A stretch of DNA of 60,465 bases, from assembly GCA_038087875.1 (NCBI GenBank), contig CM075995.1, positions 11,286,001 to 11,346,465 of the forward strand, given 5' to 3'. The notes under the pieces were generated by a model. It searched no databases and was not told the DNA's origin. It was given only the letters and a program-made list of their open reading frames with translations. The position numbers and the translations under genes are program-made. Positions 11,715 to 23,660 of the stretch are shown here, piece by piece. Position 1 is the stretch's first letter; the number at the start of each line of letters is the position of its first letter. Origin of the DNA: Malacoraja senta. Taxonomy: Eukaryota.

Positions 11715-14150
11715 AACTATGCACAGTTATTCCTAGATCCCTCTATTCAACTGCATTTCTCAATTCGCTACCATTTACCATGTACGTCCTATTTTGATTT
11801 GTCCTGCCAAGATGTAGCACCTCACATTTATCAGCATTAAACTCCATCTGCCATCTTTTAGCCCACTCTTCCAAATGGCCTCAATCTCTCTGTAGACTTT
11901 GAAATTCTACTTCATTATCCACAACACCACCTATCTTAGTATCATCTGCATACTTACTAATCCAATTTTCCACACCATCATCCAGATCATTGATGTATAT
12001 GACAAACAACAGTGGACCCAACACAGACCCCTGAGGCACCCCACTAGTCACCGGCCTCCAACCTGACAAACAGCCATCCAGCATTACTCTCTGGCGTCTC
12101 CCATTCAGCCACTGTTGAATCCATCTTGCTACTCCACCATTAATACCCAACAATTGAATCTTCTTAACCAACCTTCCATGAGGAACCTTGTTAAAGGCCT
12201 TACTGAAGTCCATATAGACAACATCCACTGCTTTACCCTCATCAATTTCCCTAATTACCTCTTCGAAAAATTCAAGAAGATTAGTCAAACATGACCTTCC
12301 AGGCACAAATCCATGTTGACTGTTCCTAATCAGACCCTGCTTATCCAGATGCTTATTATCTCTTATCTCTAAGTATTCTTTCCATTAATTTGCCCACCAC
12401 TGATGTCAAACTAACAGGTCTATAATTGTTCGGTTTACTCTTAGAACCCTTTTTAAACAATGGAACAACATGCGCAGTACGTCAATCCTCTGGCACAATT
12501 CCCGTTTCTAATGACATTTGAAATATTTCTGTCATGGCCCCTGCTATTTCTACACTAACTTCCCTCAATGTCCTAGGGAATATCCTGTCAGGACCTGTTC
12601 AATATCTCCCCCATCTCTTTTGGCTCTGCAGATAGCTGTCCACTCTGACTCTCTAATGGACCAATTTTATTCCTTGTTATCCTTTTGCTATTAATATAGC
12701 TGTAGAAACACTTTGGATTTACTTTCACCTTACTTGCCAAAGCAACCTCATACCTTCTTTTAGCTTTTCTAATTTCTTTCTTAATATTCTTTTTACATTC
12801 TTTATACTCCTCAAGCCCCTCATTTACTCCATGCTGCCTATAATTATTGTAGATCTCTCTCTTTTTTCCAAACCGTGTCCAATTTCCCTTGAAAACCATG
12901 GCTCTTTCCAATTTTTACTATTTCCTTTCAACCGAACAGGGACATAAAGATTCTGCACTTAAAATTTCACCTTTAAATGTCCCCCATTTCTCTTCTACAT
13001 CCTTCCCATAAAACAACATGACCCAATTCACTCCTTTTAAATCCTTTCGCATCTCCTCAAAGTTAGCCTTTCTCCAATCAAACATCTCAACCCTAGGTCC
13101 AGTTCTGACCCTCTCCATAATTATATTGAAACTAATGGTATTGTAATCACTGGACCCGAAGTGCTCCCCAACGCCTACCTCCGCCACCTGCACTGTCTCA
13201 TTTCCTAACAGGAGGTCCAGCACTGTCCCTTCTCTAGTAGGTACCTCTATGTATTGCTGTAAAAAACTATCCTGCACACATTTTACAAACACCAAACCAT
13301 CCAGCCCTTTTACAGAATGTGTTTCCGAGTCTATGTGTGGAAAATTGAAATCTCCCACAATCACTACCTTGTGCTTACTACTAATTTCTGCTATCTCCTT
13401 ACATATTTGCTCTTCCAATTCTCGTTCCCCATTATGCGGTCTATAATACACCCCTATAAGTGTTGCTACACCTTTCCCATTTCTCAGATCCACCCAAATA
13501 GCCTCCCTAGATGAGCCCTCTAATCTATCCTGCCAAAGCACTGCTGTAATATCTTCCTTGAACAAGCAATGCAACACCCCCACCTCTTGCCCCTCCAATT
13601 CTATCACCCCTGAAGCAACGAAATCCTGGAATATTTAGTTTCCAATCACAGCCCTCCTGCAACCATGTTTCACTGATCGCCACAACATCATACTTCCAGG
13701 TGTCAATCCAGGCTCTAAGCTCATCCACCTTTCTTACAATGCTCCTAGCATTAAAATATACACATTTAAGAAACCCACCACCACTTATTCTCTGTTTATT
13801 ATCTTTTTCTTCTTTCTCCCCTACATTTTGGGTCCGAGTGCTTCCCTTCTCTGCCTCCTGCCTCCCACATTGTCTACTAGCTTTCTCTATTTGAGTCCCT
13901 CCCCCCCAACCGTTCTAGTTTGAAGTCTCCCCAGTAGCCTTTGCAAATCTCCCCGCCAGGATATTGGTCCCCCTCGGGTTCAAATGCAACCCGTTCTTTC
14001 TGTACAGGTCACACCTTCCCCAAAAGAGGTCCCAATGATCCAGAAATGTCAATCCCTGCCCGCTGCACCAGTTCCTCAGCCACGCATTTATCCTCCATCT
14101 CATTCCATTCCTACTCTCACTGTCGCGTGGCACAGGTAGTAATCCTGAGA
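7736..14150 (-). mobile_element. CR1 LINE ((TATGGTTA)n-tail subfamily), ORF1 3' part through 3' tail, split by an L1
   Basis: ORF pieces: EN (AISETWL, VGDFN), RT ([33 protein letters not shown]), C-terminus (GNFFTQRVV..WN.LP); tail at 7736-7757. Confidence 0.92.
8415..11710 (+). mobile_element. 5'-truncated L1-clade LINE with poly(A)
   Basis: ORF 8510..10531 has RT motifs (GPDG, SLDAEKAFD, RQGCPLSP, YADD); frameshifted C-terminal Cys-rich pieces; AATAAA at 11665; A30 at 11681-11710. Confidence 0.95.
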
Positions 14151-14458
14151 TTTTTAAATAATAGGATGTAATGTAATAATAGGATGTAATGTAATAGGAT
14201 TGTTAAATAATAGGACTGTTAAATAAGTAACTTGTTTACCAAAGGGTATTGAATAAATGATTTAATTAAATGACTAATAATAACATGAGTGTGCTGCTAA
14301 ATGACTAACAATCACGTGAGTATTAAGTAAAATAGCTGACGTCTGATTAAGTAAAGTAGCTGATGATGCTATGTGTGTATAATAAATAACAAATGTAGAG
14401 CTAGAGTTAGGATTAGGGTCAGTCTGTCAGTCTGTCAGTCATTCTGTCATTCAGTCTG

Positions 14459-14979
14459 TGTCATGGTTTTAAGACTCAAAGTTTGGATAAGATGACACAG
14501 ACACGGAGAATTCTTCAAGAAGACGAATGCCTTTATTTGCAAATAATCAGCTGGAACATTCAAAGACGGCACCACCTGCCCGTTCTCTAATTGCTCTCTG
14601 ATCTACAGAAACAAGCAGCTTTTTATTGCACTCTTTCAGCCTTATCTCTGCTACATTATCTTGCATGCTTGTACTCCTTTCACATCAATCTATCTTCAAT
14701 TCTAATATTCTCTGTCTTGCCACCATTATTTCAGACCTTGGTCCAGTTTTTACATTTCCTCTCTTATCTCTTCCTCTCTCGCCACCCTGAAATTCCAAAC
14801 TATTGCTTTTAATTTCCCAGCTATGTTTCAGCTGGAGCCAAGGTTAGACGACACCATTTTGTACTGTTACACACACCATTTTTCACTGTTACATATTAAC
14901 TTATGTTTAATACAAGGATATAAATGTAAAAATAAGTAACTTGTTTATAACTTAAAGTAACTTGTTTATAACTTCCATA
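14459..14979 (-). mobile_element. Solo LTR related to the ERV LTR at 7178-7735
   Basis: Shares TTGGATAAGATGACACAGACACG.AGAATTCTTC...GCCTTTATTTGCAAA with 7197-7257; flanked by TCTG at 14455-14458 and 14980-14983 (possible 4-bp TSD). Confidence 0.7.
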
Positions 14980-15972
14980 TCTGTCAGTCAGTCTGTCAGT
15001 CGGGCTTGTCGGTTGGGCTTGTCGGTAGGCCGATTAATGTTGTGAAGGATCGGTCGGGCTGTCGGGCCGCCTGTCTGTGGTGAGCGTTGGGCCGAGCATC
15101 TGCTGGGAGGTGAGGGTTGGGCCGAGTCTCCGCTGGGAGGTGAGGGTTGGGCTGGGCCTCCGGTGAGTGCTTCTCGGGCGGCGTGCAGGGCAATGCTGCT
15201 CCCCACCATCGCCAGAAGGGCATGCTGGCCGAGATGAACGCGCTGTGGGGCCACACGTACGGAGCCCGCAGCCGGTCCCAAAGCGGCTCCAGCTGCTGCC
15301 TTGGGCAGCTCCTGGAGGGGGGCGAGTTAGGTTTAAGCATGTTCCTGCCTTAGCCTACCCCCAGCCTGGCCCTGCCCCAGTCCCACTATGGCTGTGACCC
15401 CCACTCTGCACACTGGCACTCAGTGGGGTTCAGTAAACGGGGGAACCCAGAAGAACTGCCCTGACCTATTAATTAGGCTGGTTCATTCAAGACCCTGACC
15501 TATTAATGAGGCTGGGTCATTCTAGATTTGTTGATTTCTAGACACATTTTGAATGCTCGTCCCACAGCCTATTCTGTAAAACCTGCTTGTCATCTTTTGC
15601 AAAAGCTGTAAAGACAATGAGGATCATGGCTCCAGAGAGTCTGTGGCCTGGGAAGGGGTTGAATAGAGGTTGATGTCCAGATGGCCTATAATTGTTAATA
15701 TGTATGAGATTTTGCAGAAGGAGCAAGATGCTGTTGCAAATGCATGCTTGGGATTGGTTGGGGAAATGATGAGTTACAATAATGTTGCAGAGTCTTCCCG
15801 CTGCTAATTTTGATTGGTCCAGGAGAAGGGCCTTACCCAAGATGGTTAATTTACCTGGGAGAATGTTTCTTTACCTAACAGAATTGTTTACCCCTGTGTT
15901 GAAACTATGTTATGTGATATTTTATAATTGGGTTAGGGAACTGTCATTTAATGTATTCTGCAGCCCATATCG

Positions 15973-17829
15973 TAGGAATGTCACAAAACTTTGAGATTTT
16001 AAAAATCAAGCCTGTAATTTATCCCGTCAGATAAAGCATAAAAATAACTTTAATTGACACCTAATTCACTTTCATATCTTCAGTATTAAAACATTTATGG
16101 CCATTTTCATACTCGGAAATTTGCATCTTGTTCCCTATTGCTTTTCCATTGACTTAACACAAAAGCTGTGATCGAGGACAGTCAAAAGCCCATAACTTTC
16201 TTAAAAATTAAAAGAACTGAATGAAATTTGCAGTTATTATAGATTGAAGCATTCTGAAACAAATATAAAACATCTTACTTGGATGAACTGAAATTATAGT
16301 ATATAATTAGTTAGTTACCTAATTGTAGCTAATTACAAAATTGACTGTGGTGACGGAAATAGTAATAAACACCCAGACTGCCTTGAAAATTCAAAAATGT
16401 GATATTCCCAAGATCAGAACTTTAATATTATTGTATTATATCCTGTAAGTCCGTAACAGATAGGTAAATAAATTACAATTTCTAGCAATAGACCAAGTCT
16501 TTATGGAGAAGATCAGTTGCTAGCTGGTACATTGACATATCATAATCAGTAGCATCATAATACTCCTCAGATTGTAACCAATAAGCAACTCTGTACATCT
16601 TGTTTTTCCTCAACTTTTCAATGCTGGCATTGTAAACTACATGTTTTTGCTCTTCAAACCACGTATGACATGCCTTTCTGCCCACTGCTTTCCCATTAAG
16701 AATGTCCTGTAGATCATCACATTTGGAGTAGTCCAAATTCAGATAATCTCTGCGAATGCTGTCTGAATCAGTCTCTTTTGCTGGGCATTTGGATTGACAA
16801 TTTTGCATTTCTTCTTCGGAGACATCTGTTTAAAATGTAAAGGAAAAAAACCCACTGAACAGCGTTAACAGAAACAATTTATTGAAAAAAGGTAGAAATG
16901 ATAAAGTTAAACGCTAAAAGAAATAGTAAATACCTAACAAAAGATTCATATTCATCAGTTTCATCAAATCAATTAAATTCATCTAAATTCAATTACTAAA
17001 TCTAAACATCTATCCATTTCTTAAGAAAAGGCAAATTTTTTAAAATAGCCTAAGCATCCAAATAACAAACTAATCTCATTCACACAAGAATTCACAATAT
17101 AACATGATTTTAAAATCTCACTGTCATGAACTTATATGCCAAATGGAAGGAATTTAATGTTTAAGTCCCATAAATTAATCTAGAAACATCCACTCCCACT
17201 ATAATCAAAATTATTATTTTTTGCACAATACATGTGACTAAAATTGTTGTGGATATTTAGTATAAAAATATTGATTATAGATAGACAATTACACAAAATA
17301 TAGATGATTTAGATGCTCTTATGACATGATTGTCCAAAAAGAAAGAGAATTTTAATCATCTTGCAAGTGGGTGTTTCTGGAATGCGATCGATTGGAACAT
17401 TGCCGTTGCCGTGAATTTTAACCCCATATCGGCAGGCAAGACACTGCCAATTCGTATGGGGCCCAAATAACATTTTCGCAATGTAAAATTAGACTAAAGC
17501 CACCCCAAGAAGCAAAATTATATGTGAAACAAATGACTTACCCTTTGTTTTGTCCTGATATTGCGATCCGTCACGTTGAAGGTGTTGAGGGCATTCGAAG
17601 TCACTTTTTACTTTAATCCAACTATTAAATTGTCCAACGATTTAAAAAAAAAAACGGGAATGTAAGTCCGATCGATTTTTCTTCATCTAGCAGCCCGAGG
17701 AAATCCCTCTCAGACAAGCGATACAAACCTGCATTTTAATCCCGCCCCCCCCTCAAAGGCGTCAAAGTCGCGCACACAACCAGTGGCAGATCTGCAGCGC
17801 CACTGAAGATAGGTTTTGTAACATCGCTA
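15973..17829 (-). mobile_element. Unclassified TIR DNA transposon (TAG...CTA ends, 7-bp TSD), internally deleted
   Basis: 17-bp imperfect TIRs (TAGGAATGTCACAAAAC and GTTTTGTAACATCGCTA); TSD CATATCG at 15966-15972 and 17830-17836; a related copy is at 32747-33724. Confidence 0.85.
16482..16826 (-). pseudogene. Terminal exon remnant of the transposon-encoded protein
   Basis: Open frame (..VGRKACHTWFE..YRVAYW..LATDLLHKDL) preceded by a pyrimidine-rich acceptor (TTTACATTTTAAACAG) on the minus strand; absent from the shorter copy. Confidence 0.55.
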
Positions 17830-18104
17830 CATATCGATAATTGGCTTGTAGGGGTTGCCCAACTCCCCCCCCCCTCCCCCATGTATTTTTGCGCCAAGGG
17901 TCTGTAAAGGTATAAAAGAGGGGGGAAGCACATTGGGGTGTGCCGATCTTCTGGGGTGTATGTTCTATTTGCGCGAGGCTGTTGGGCTTGAGTAAATAGA
18001 GACAAGGATCGGACCCGCGGTATTGGATTAGGTATTGGTATTGTGTAATAAGAGAGAGTTGGATTTCCAGTGCTCGTATTTGGTGTTTGACTGAACCAGA
18101 CTAA

Positions 18105-18352
18105 AGGGCCAGTCCCACTTTCACGAACTAATTCACGACCTTTTTTACTCATGGACATTTTTCGTCATGTTGAAAAAACGCCCGACCTACATGATGCCAC
18201 GAGTACCTACGACTAGCATCACGACCTGCTACGACCTACCTACGACCTCCTACGACCTACCTACGACTTCCTATGACCTCGTGATGACCATGCTGCGAGT
18301 ATGAGTCAAGGGCAAACTCGGCAGATTAGATCGTGAAAGTGGGACAGGCCCT
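18105..18352. mobile_element. PIF/Harbinger-type MITE
   Basis: TIRs AGGGCCAGTCCCACTTTCACGA and TCGTGAAAGTGGGACAGGCCCT; TAA on both flanks; internal TACGACC repeats. Confidence 0.85.
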
Positions 18353-18649
18353 TAAGGGGGGTAAGTTTAAGACCGGAATTACACTGTTATTGTACCTAAC
18401 TCAACTACCACATCTGGCAACTTGTTCCATCTACCCACACCCCCTGTGTAAAATATTTGCACCTCAGGTTCCTATTACATCCTTCCTCTCTCATTTTAAA
18501 CCTATAACTCCAATGACTTATGAACGTGTGAAAGGGTGATCGTTGGTTTAGTTTAGGGTAGACAAAATTCTGGAGAAACTCAGCGGGTGAGGCAGCATCT
18601 ATGGAACGAAGGAAATAGGCAAAGGTTTGGGTCGAGACCCTTCTTGGTT

Positions 18650-18960
18650 TAGTTTAGTTTAGTTTAAAGATACACCCTTTCGCCCACCGGGTCTGCGCCG
18701 ACCAGCAATCCCCACACATCAACACCATCCTACACCCACTAGGGACAATTTTTACACTTACCAAGCCAATTAACCTGCAAACCTGTGCGTCTTTGCAGTG
18801 TGGGAAGAAACCGAAGATCTCGGATAAAACCCACGCAGGTCACGGGAGAACGCACAAAAACACCGCACTGACAGAACCCATAGTTGGGATCGAACCCAGG
18901 TGTCTGGCGCTGCATTGGCTGTAAGGCAACAACACTACCGCTGCATCACCCTGACCACCG
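18650..18960 (-). mobile_element. tRNA-derived SINE
   Basis: Minus strand reads GGTGATGCAGCGGTAG...GGGTTCGATCCC (A and B boxes), GGGTTTTATCCGAGATCTTCGGTTTC core and (AAACT)n tail; same family as 28400-28600 and 43490-43780. Confidence 0.75.
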
Positions 18961-19556
18961 TGTTGGTGTGAACTCAGTGGGATGAAGGGCCTTTCTCCGT
19001 GCTGTGTCTTTCATTTAATCAGCATCCACAGTCAGAGTCCAATGTCTACAATGGGGTGGAGGTGAATCAGATAGTACCCTAGATGATGGGAGGACTGTGA
19101 GGGTAATGGACAGATGGAGTTGATGGGGAGGGGGAATAAACTGGTTACAGAGGGCAGGGAGGTGGGGTTGGAAAGATGGGAGATGGGATAGGACCGTGGT
19201 AGATCAGGAGGGGACACCAGTGGAGGGAGGGAGTGAGGGTTACCTTAAATTGGAGAGTTCAGTGCTCTTGCTGTTTGCTTCTAGACTACCCAGATGTAAC
19301 CCGAGGTCCCACCCCAGTGGATTTTGTGTCCTCCATCACTTCCACCAGTAGCAGTGATCTCTGTCTCCCCTGGAATCGCTGCGCAGGTCTCTGGATGGAG
19401 GAGGTGTGACAGGTGTTACCCCCGACAGCGTCGGGTCAGAGAGCAGGATGAGCAGACTGGGGGGTCACGGGGAGAACAGTTCCTGTGAAAGGCGGTGCGC
19501 TGTAGTGCACGTGACAATAATAAACTAATACAAATGTGGTTTCCTCTATATCGCAG

Positions 19557-19610
19557 AATCCAATGCTGAGTGGGTAGTCATTTTACGGAGACCTGTGGTT
19601 TCTTATCACT
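19557..19610 (+). other. Candidate small exon (possibly a 5'UTR exon of the GPT2-like gene)
   Basis: CTAAT branch-like motif, TTCCTCTATATCGCAG acceptor and GTAAGT donor; no homology recognised. Confidence 0.3.
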
Positions 19611-19649
19611 GTAAGTCTCTGATCCATTTCCGCTCTGCCCCTATTATTG

Positions 19650-20330
19650 TTTCATTACTATTGTCATGTGTACCAAGATCCAGTGAAAACATGTTTATCA
19701 AGTCATATTGCACAATTAAGTACACTTGATACAATAAAGCCACACAAATGCAGCAGGTTGTGCAAAGAGAGAAATACCAGAGTGCACAATATAGTGTTAC
19801 AGCGTTATACTTCCAGAGAAAGTTTGTTCAAAAAAAGTGCCAGGCCCGGAATGAGGTAGGTTGGAAGATCAGGACAACATCCTAGCTTATGAGACACAAC
19901 AAACTGCAGAAGCTGGTTTACAAAACAAAAATGTCTGGAGGATGTTGCCTGACTCGCTGAGTTATTCCAGCACTTTGTGCTTTTTAGCTTATGGCAAGAC
20001 CGTTCAGCTGTCTCATAATAGCAGGGAAAAAGCTGTTCCTGAATCTAGTGGTTCCGTATTTTCAAGCTTTTGTAGCTTTGGCACAACGGTGGAGGGAATG
20101 ACTGCGATGTGAGTGGTCCTTGATTATGTTGGCTGCTTTCCTGAGGCCACATGAAGCGTAGATGGATTTGATGGTGGAGAGTCCGTGTGATGGATGTAGC
20201 CCAGTGTGATGGACTGGGCTACATCCACAACTCTGCAGTTTTGTCTAGTTGAGCAGTCACAGAGCTGTACAGCAGAGATACAGAAACTTTGACCCACCTT
20301 GGTGTAATGCAAGGGTGAAGTTGCAGCCAT
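19650..20330 (-). mobile_element. Degraded Rex1-like LINE fragments
   Basis: Minus-strand CRVVDVAQSIT...LPTI-like remnant and 3' ATGACAATA motif, similar to 2251-3212. Confidence 0.55.
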
Positions 20331-20689
20331 CGATGCTGAAACACGTGAGCTTCATTGTTCATTTGCCAGTTTATGCTGCTATTCATGGCGTAGTTTGTTT
20401 AATTGCTGCTTTAACTGAAGTATTCTATTACTTTTTTGTTGTTGCTTGATTGTTGCCATAATGTTGATTTAATAAATATTTGTGATTTAAATTTTATATT
20501 GTCTGAATATTCTTCCTTCATCTTTGATCCGAATGCTCGAAAACCTGTTAATATCCTGTTACACTTATCCATGCCGAGTTAGTTGGTATATTGCGCTAGA
20601 CCCATGTGCCTGCATTTGGCTTGTAACCTTCCAAGCCCCACTTAGCTACCTACCTATCTATCTACCTACCTACCTACCTACCTACCTAC

Positions 20690-21992
20690 CTTATATTAAA
20701 AATCTTCCCTTTGATCTTGTGTCTGTGTGTGCCAGGGTTGTGTCAGCTTTCTGTCAATCTCCTTAATTCCTATCTTCTTCAAAAACGCTAGGCCACAGCC
20801 TTCCCATTTTCACACATGCTACTGACATTTTTCCCGCGGACGCGATAAATATCTTACTGTCGCATTTCAACCTATATTTCCCAAGTTACTAATCTTTTAA
20901 AAACTGTTTAAAACAAAATAAAATTCTTGAAGCTCACGCATTTTGAAGAAAAAAATGTGGACTGACATCACAATCCACTCGCACGCTCCGGGCGCGAGGG
21001 GCGCTCCAGCCCGCTTGGCCCCGCTGGGATCCCTCGCCCTCAATACCTCGACTATCCCTCCCCCAACTCTACCTCCCTCTCTCTAGCCTCCTCCATCTCT
21101 GCCCCTCTCCCTCTCTACCCCCCTTCCCATCCCTCTATCCTCCCTCTCTACCCCCCTCACCTCCCTCTTCCTTTCTACCCCCCCCTCCGTCAACCCGCTC
21201 GGCCCCACTGGGACCCTCTCGGCTCCGCTCGTCCCGGCTTGTACCCGTTAAGCCCAGCTCCATCGGCTCCGCTGGAAGAGGTGAGGGAGGGATTGGGGGA
21301 GTGGAAGAGAGGAAAACAATCCTGGGGAGTTGAGGAGGGAGAGTGGGGGGATTGAGGGAGAGGAAGGGGTAGGGAGAATTCTTTCAAAAATCAACACCCT
21401 CTCATGCCCCCTCCATCTCTACCCTCCCTCCCCCTCTCTACCCTCTCCCTCTCTACTCCCTCACCTTCTCCCTCTCTACCCCCCTCCCTTTCAACCCCCC
21501 TTCCTCTCTATCCTCCCCCCACTTTAACCCCTCCCCCGACTCTACCTCCTTCGCTCTAACCCCCTCCCTCTCTGCCGCTCTCCCTCTCCACCCCCCTCCC
21601 CCTACCGCTACCCTCCCTCTCTACCCCTGACCTCCCTCTCCCTTTCTACCCCACCTCCCTCCCCCCTCCCTCTCTACCCCCCTCACCTTCTCCCTATCTA
21701 CCCCTTCCCCTCTCTCTCTGCCCCTTCCCTCTCCTTCTCTGCCCCTTTTCTCTCTAGCCTCCGTCTCTACCCCACATCCTCTCCCTCTCTACCCCCTCCC
21801 CCTCACTCTCTACCCCCCTCCCTCTCCCTTTCTACCCTCTCCCCCTCCCTCTCAACTCCCCTCACACTCTCCCTCTCTACCCCTTCTCCGTCCCTCTCTA
21901 CTCCCCTCCCTCTCCCTCTCTAGCTGCGTCTGTGCAGTTGGGGGCTATGCGTGAGTGGATAGGGCGGGGGATGGGGGAAAAGGAGCGAATGA
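20690..21992 (+). mobile_element. Putative non-autonomous Helitron-like repeat carrying a CT-rich minisatellite
   Basis: Starts after a (CTAC)n microsatellite; CCCTCTCTAC-rich array at 21050-21920; a possible separated 3' piece at ~23010-23135. Classification is tentative. Confidence 0.35.
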
Positions 21993-22199
21993 AAGCGTTA
22001 CTTGAAATTAAATAAATCAACGTTCAAATCGTGGGTTGTAAGCTGCCCAAGAGAAATAAAAGGTGCTGTTCCTCCAATTTGCATTTGGCCTCACACTGAC
22101 AGTGCAGCAGGCCTGGGACAAAAAGGTCAGTTTTGGAATGGGAAGGGGAGTTAATTCAATGACCTACTCCATTATAATACATTTGACATCAACGTCATC

Positions 22200-22420
22200 G
22201 TGTCTATCCCTCGCGGTCGATGAGTTCAAGATAACTTTGTTCGCCTGGTCCGCCGTTGAGGTCTTGTAGGTTGGATCGTTCTTAGTCTGGACCCTCATCC
22301 TCGACCTTACCGCCATGGGTGGCCCAACCAGAAGCTGGTGCTTCCGATGGCATCGCTCTCGGAATCATGGGGTCACGCAAGCCTCTTCACCACGACAAGG
22401 TAAACGATCTGAAGAGGTTG
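22200..22420 (-). mobile_element. RTE-like LINE 5' region fragment
   Basis: GACCTTACCGCCATGGGTGGCCC...CGCAAGCCTCTTCACCACGACAAGG resembles RTE 5' sequence (from memory). Confidence 0.4.
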
Positions 22421-23139
22421 ACATCAACATTACATTTGTAAAGGTCCCAGAACCTGACTGCTGTTAGACAAAGCTCCCAGGTTTAATATATTTAGATGAA
22501 CAGTCTGCAGACTTCAGATTTGTGTCATGTATAAAACAAACAATGGAAAATCAGTTTGAAGAGAACCATAGACCAGGTTCCAGAATGTGAATGGAAGCAA
22601 TCAGATGGGGAACTGATCTCTTATACTACAAACCTTGCAGCACCATCCGCCTTTGACGCTGATGATTCCAAGTGCCCCATGCTCACTTTGTGCCAAAGCC
22701 ACTAATTTACGACAACATTTCAACATTGGATAGTTTTCAAATTGGAATTATTATATTGACTCCACAGGTCAATGTTCCTGATCAGTAAACTATGTGCTCG
22801 ATAGTGCAGGGAACCAGAGAGAGGTGTTCAAATCCCTCGAAGGCATCTGTGGGATTTAAATCTAACTAACAAAATCAATCTGAAGAAGGGTCTTGATCCA
22901 AAATGTCACTTCTCTATGTATTCCAGAGATGCTGCCTGACCCACTGAGTTGCAACACCTTGTGTCTGTTTTGGTAAACCAGCATCTGCACTTCCTTCTGT
23001 ATTTCTCTTAATTAAATATTAATTAATATTAATTATAATATTAATACAATATCAAGGGGGGGGTTAGTGTGTGTGTGACGATGCAGGCCGCCACCCCCCC
23101 CCTCTCCCCGAGGGGATGGGACCCTCTTGGTCTATTGTC

Positions 23140-23660
23140 TATTAAAAGTCGTAATTGCTTCCGCTTCTCCAGACTCATTCCAGATACGGACTACCTTCTG
23201 AGTGAAAAAGGTTGCTCCTGATGTCCCTTTTAAGTCTCTCCCCTCTCACCTTAACCCTCCACCCTCTAGTTTTAGAATCCTCTACTCTGGGGAATAGACT
23301 GTGAGCGTTCACTTTATCCATGCCCCTCATGATCTTGTACACCTCAATAAGATCACCATCAGCCTCCCATGCTCCACAAGAAAAAAATCCCAGCCTAACC
23401 AACCTCTTCCTATGTCGAAAGCCCCACAAACCAAAGTAACATCCTGGTGATTCTCTTCTGCACCTTTTCTAACTTAATAACATCCTTCCTGTAGCTGGGT
23501 GATCAGAGCTGTACATACCACCCCATGTGTGGTCTCACCAACTTGTACAGTACAACTGCATCATGATGTCCCAACTGTTGTACTCAATACCCTTCCCAAC
23601 GAAGGCAAGCATGCCAAGCGCTTTCTTCACAACCCTGTCCACTTTACTCACCACTCTCAC
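23140..23660 (-). mobile_element. Degraded CR1 3' fragment
   Basis: GDLIEVYKIMRGMDKV-like translation. Confidence 0.75.

Noticed and set aside
15538..15840. Possible retroviral pol tether remnant
   Set aside because: Resemblance too weak to support without a search.
18195..18290. TACGACC repeats as a CRISPR-like array
   Set aside because: Short degenerate units without unique spacers, inside a eukaryotic MITE.
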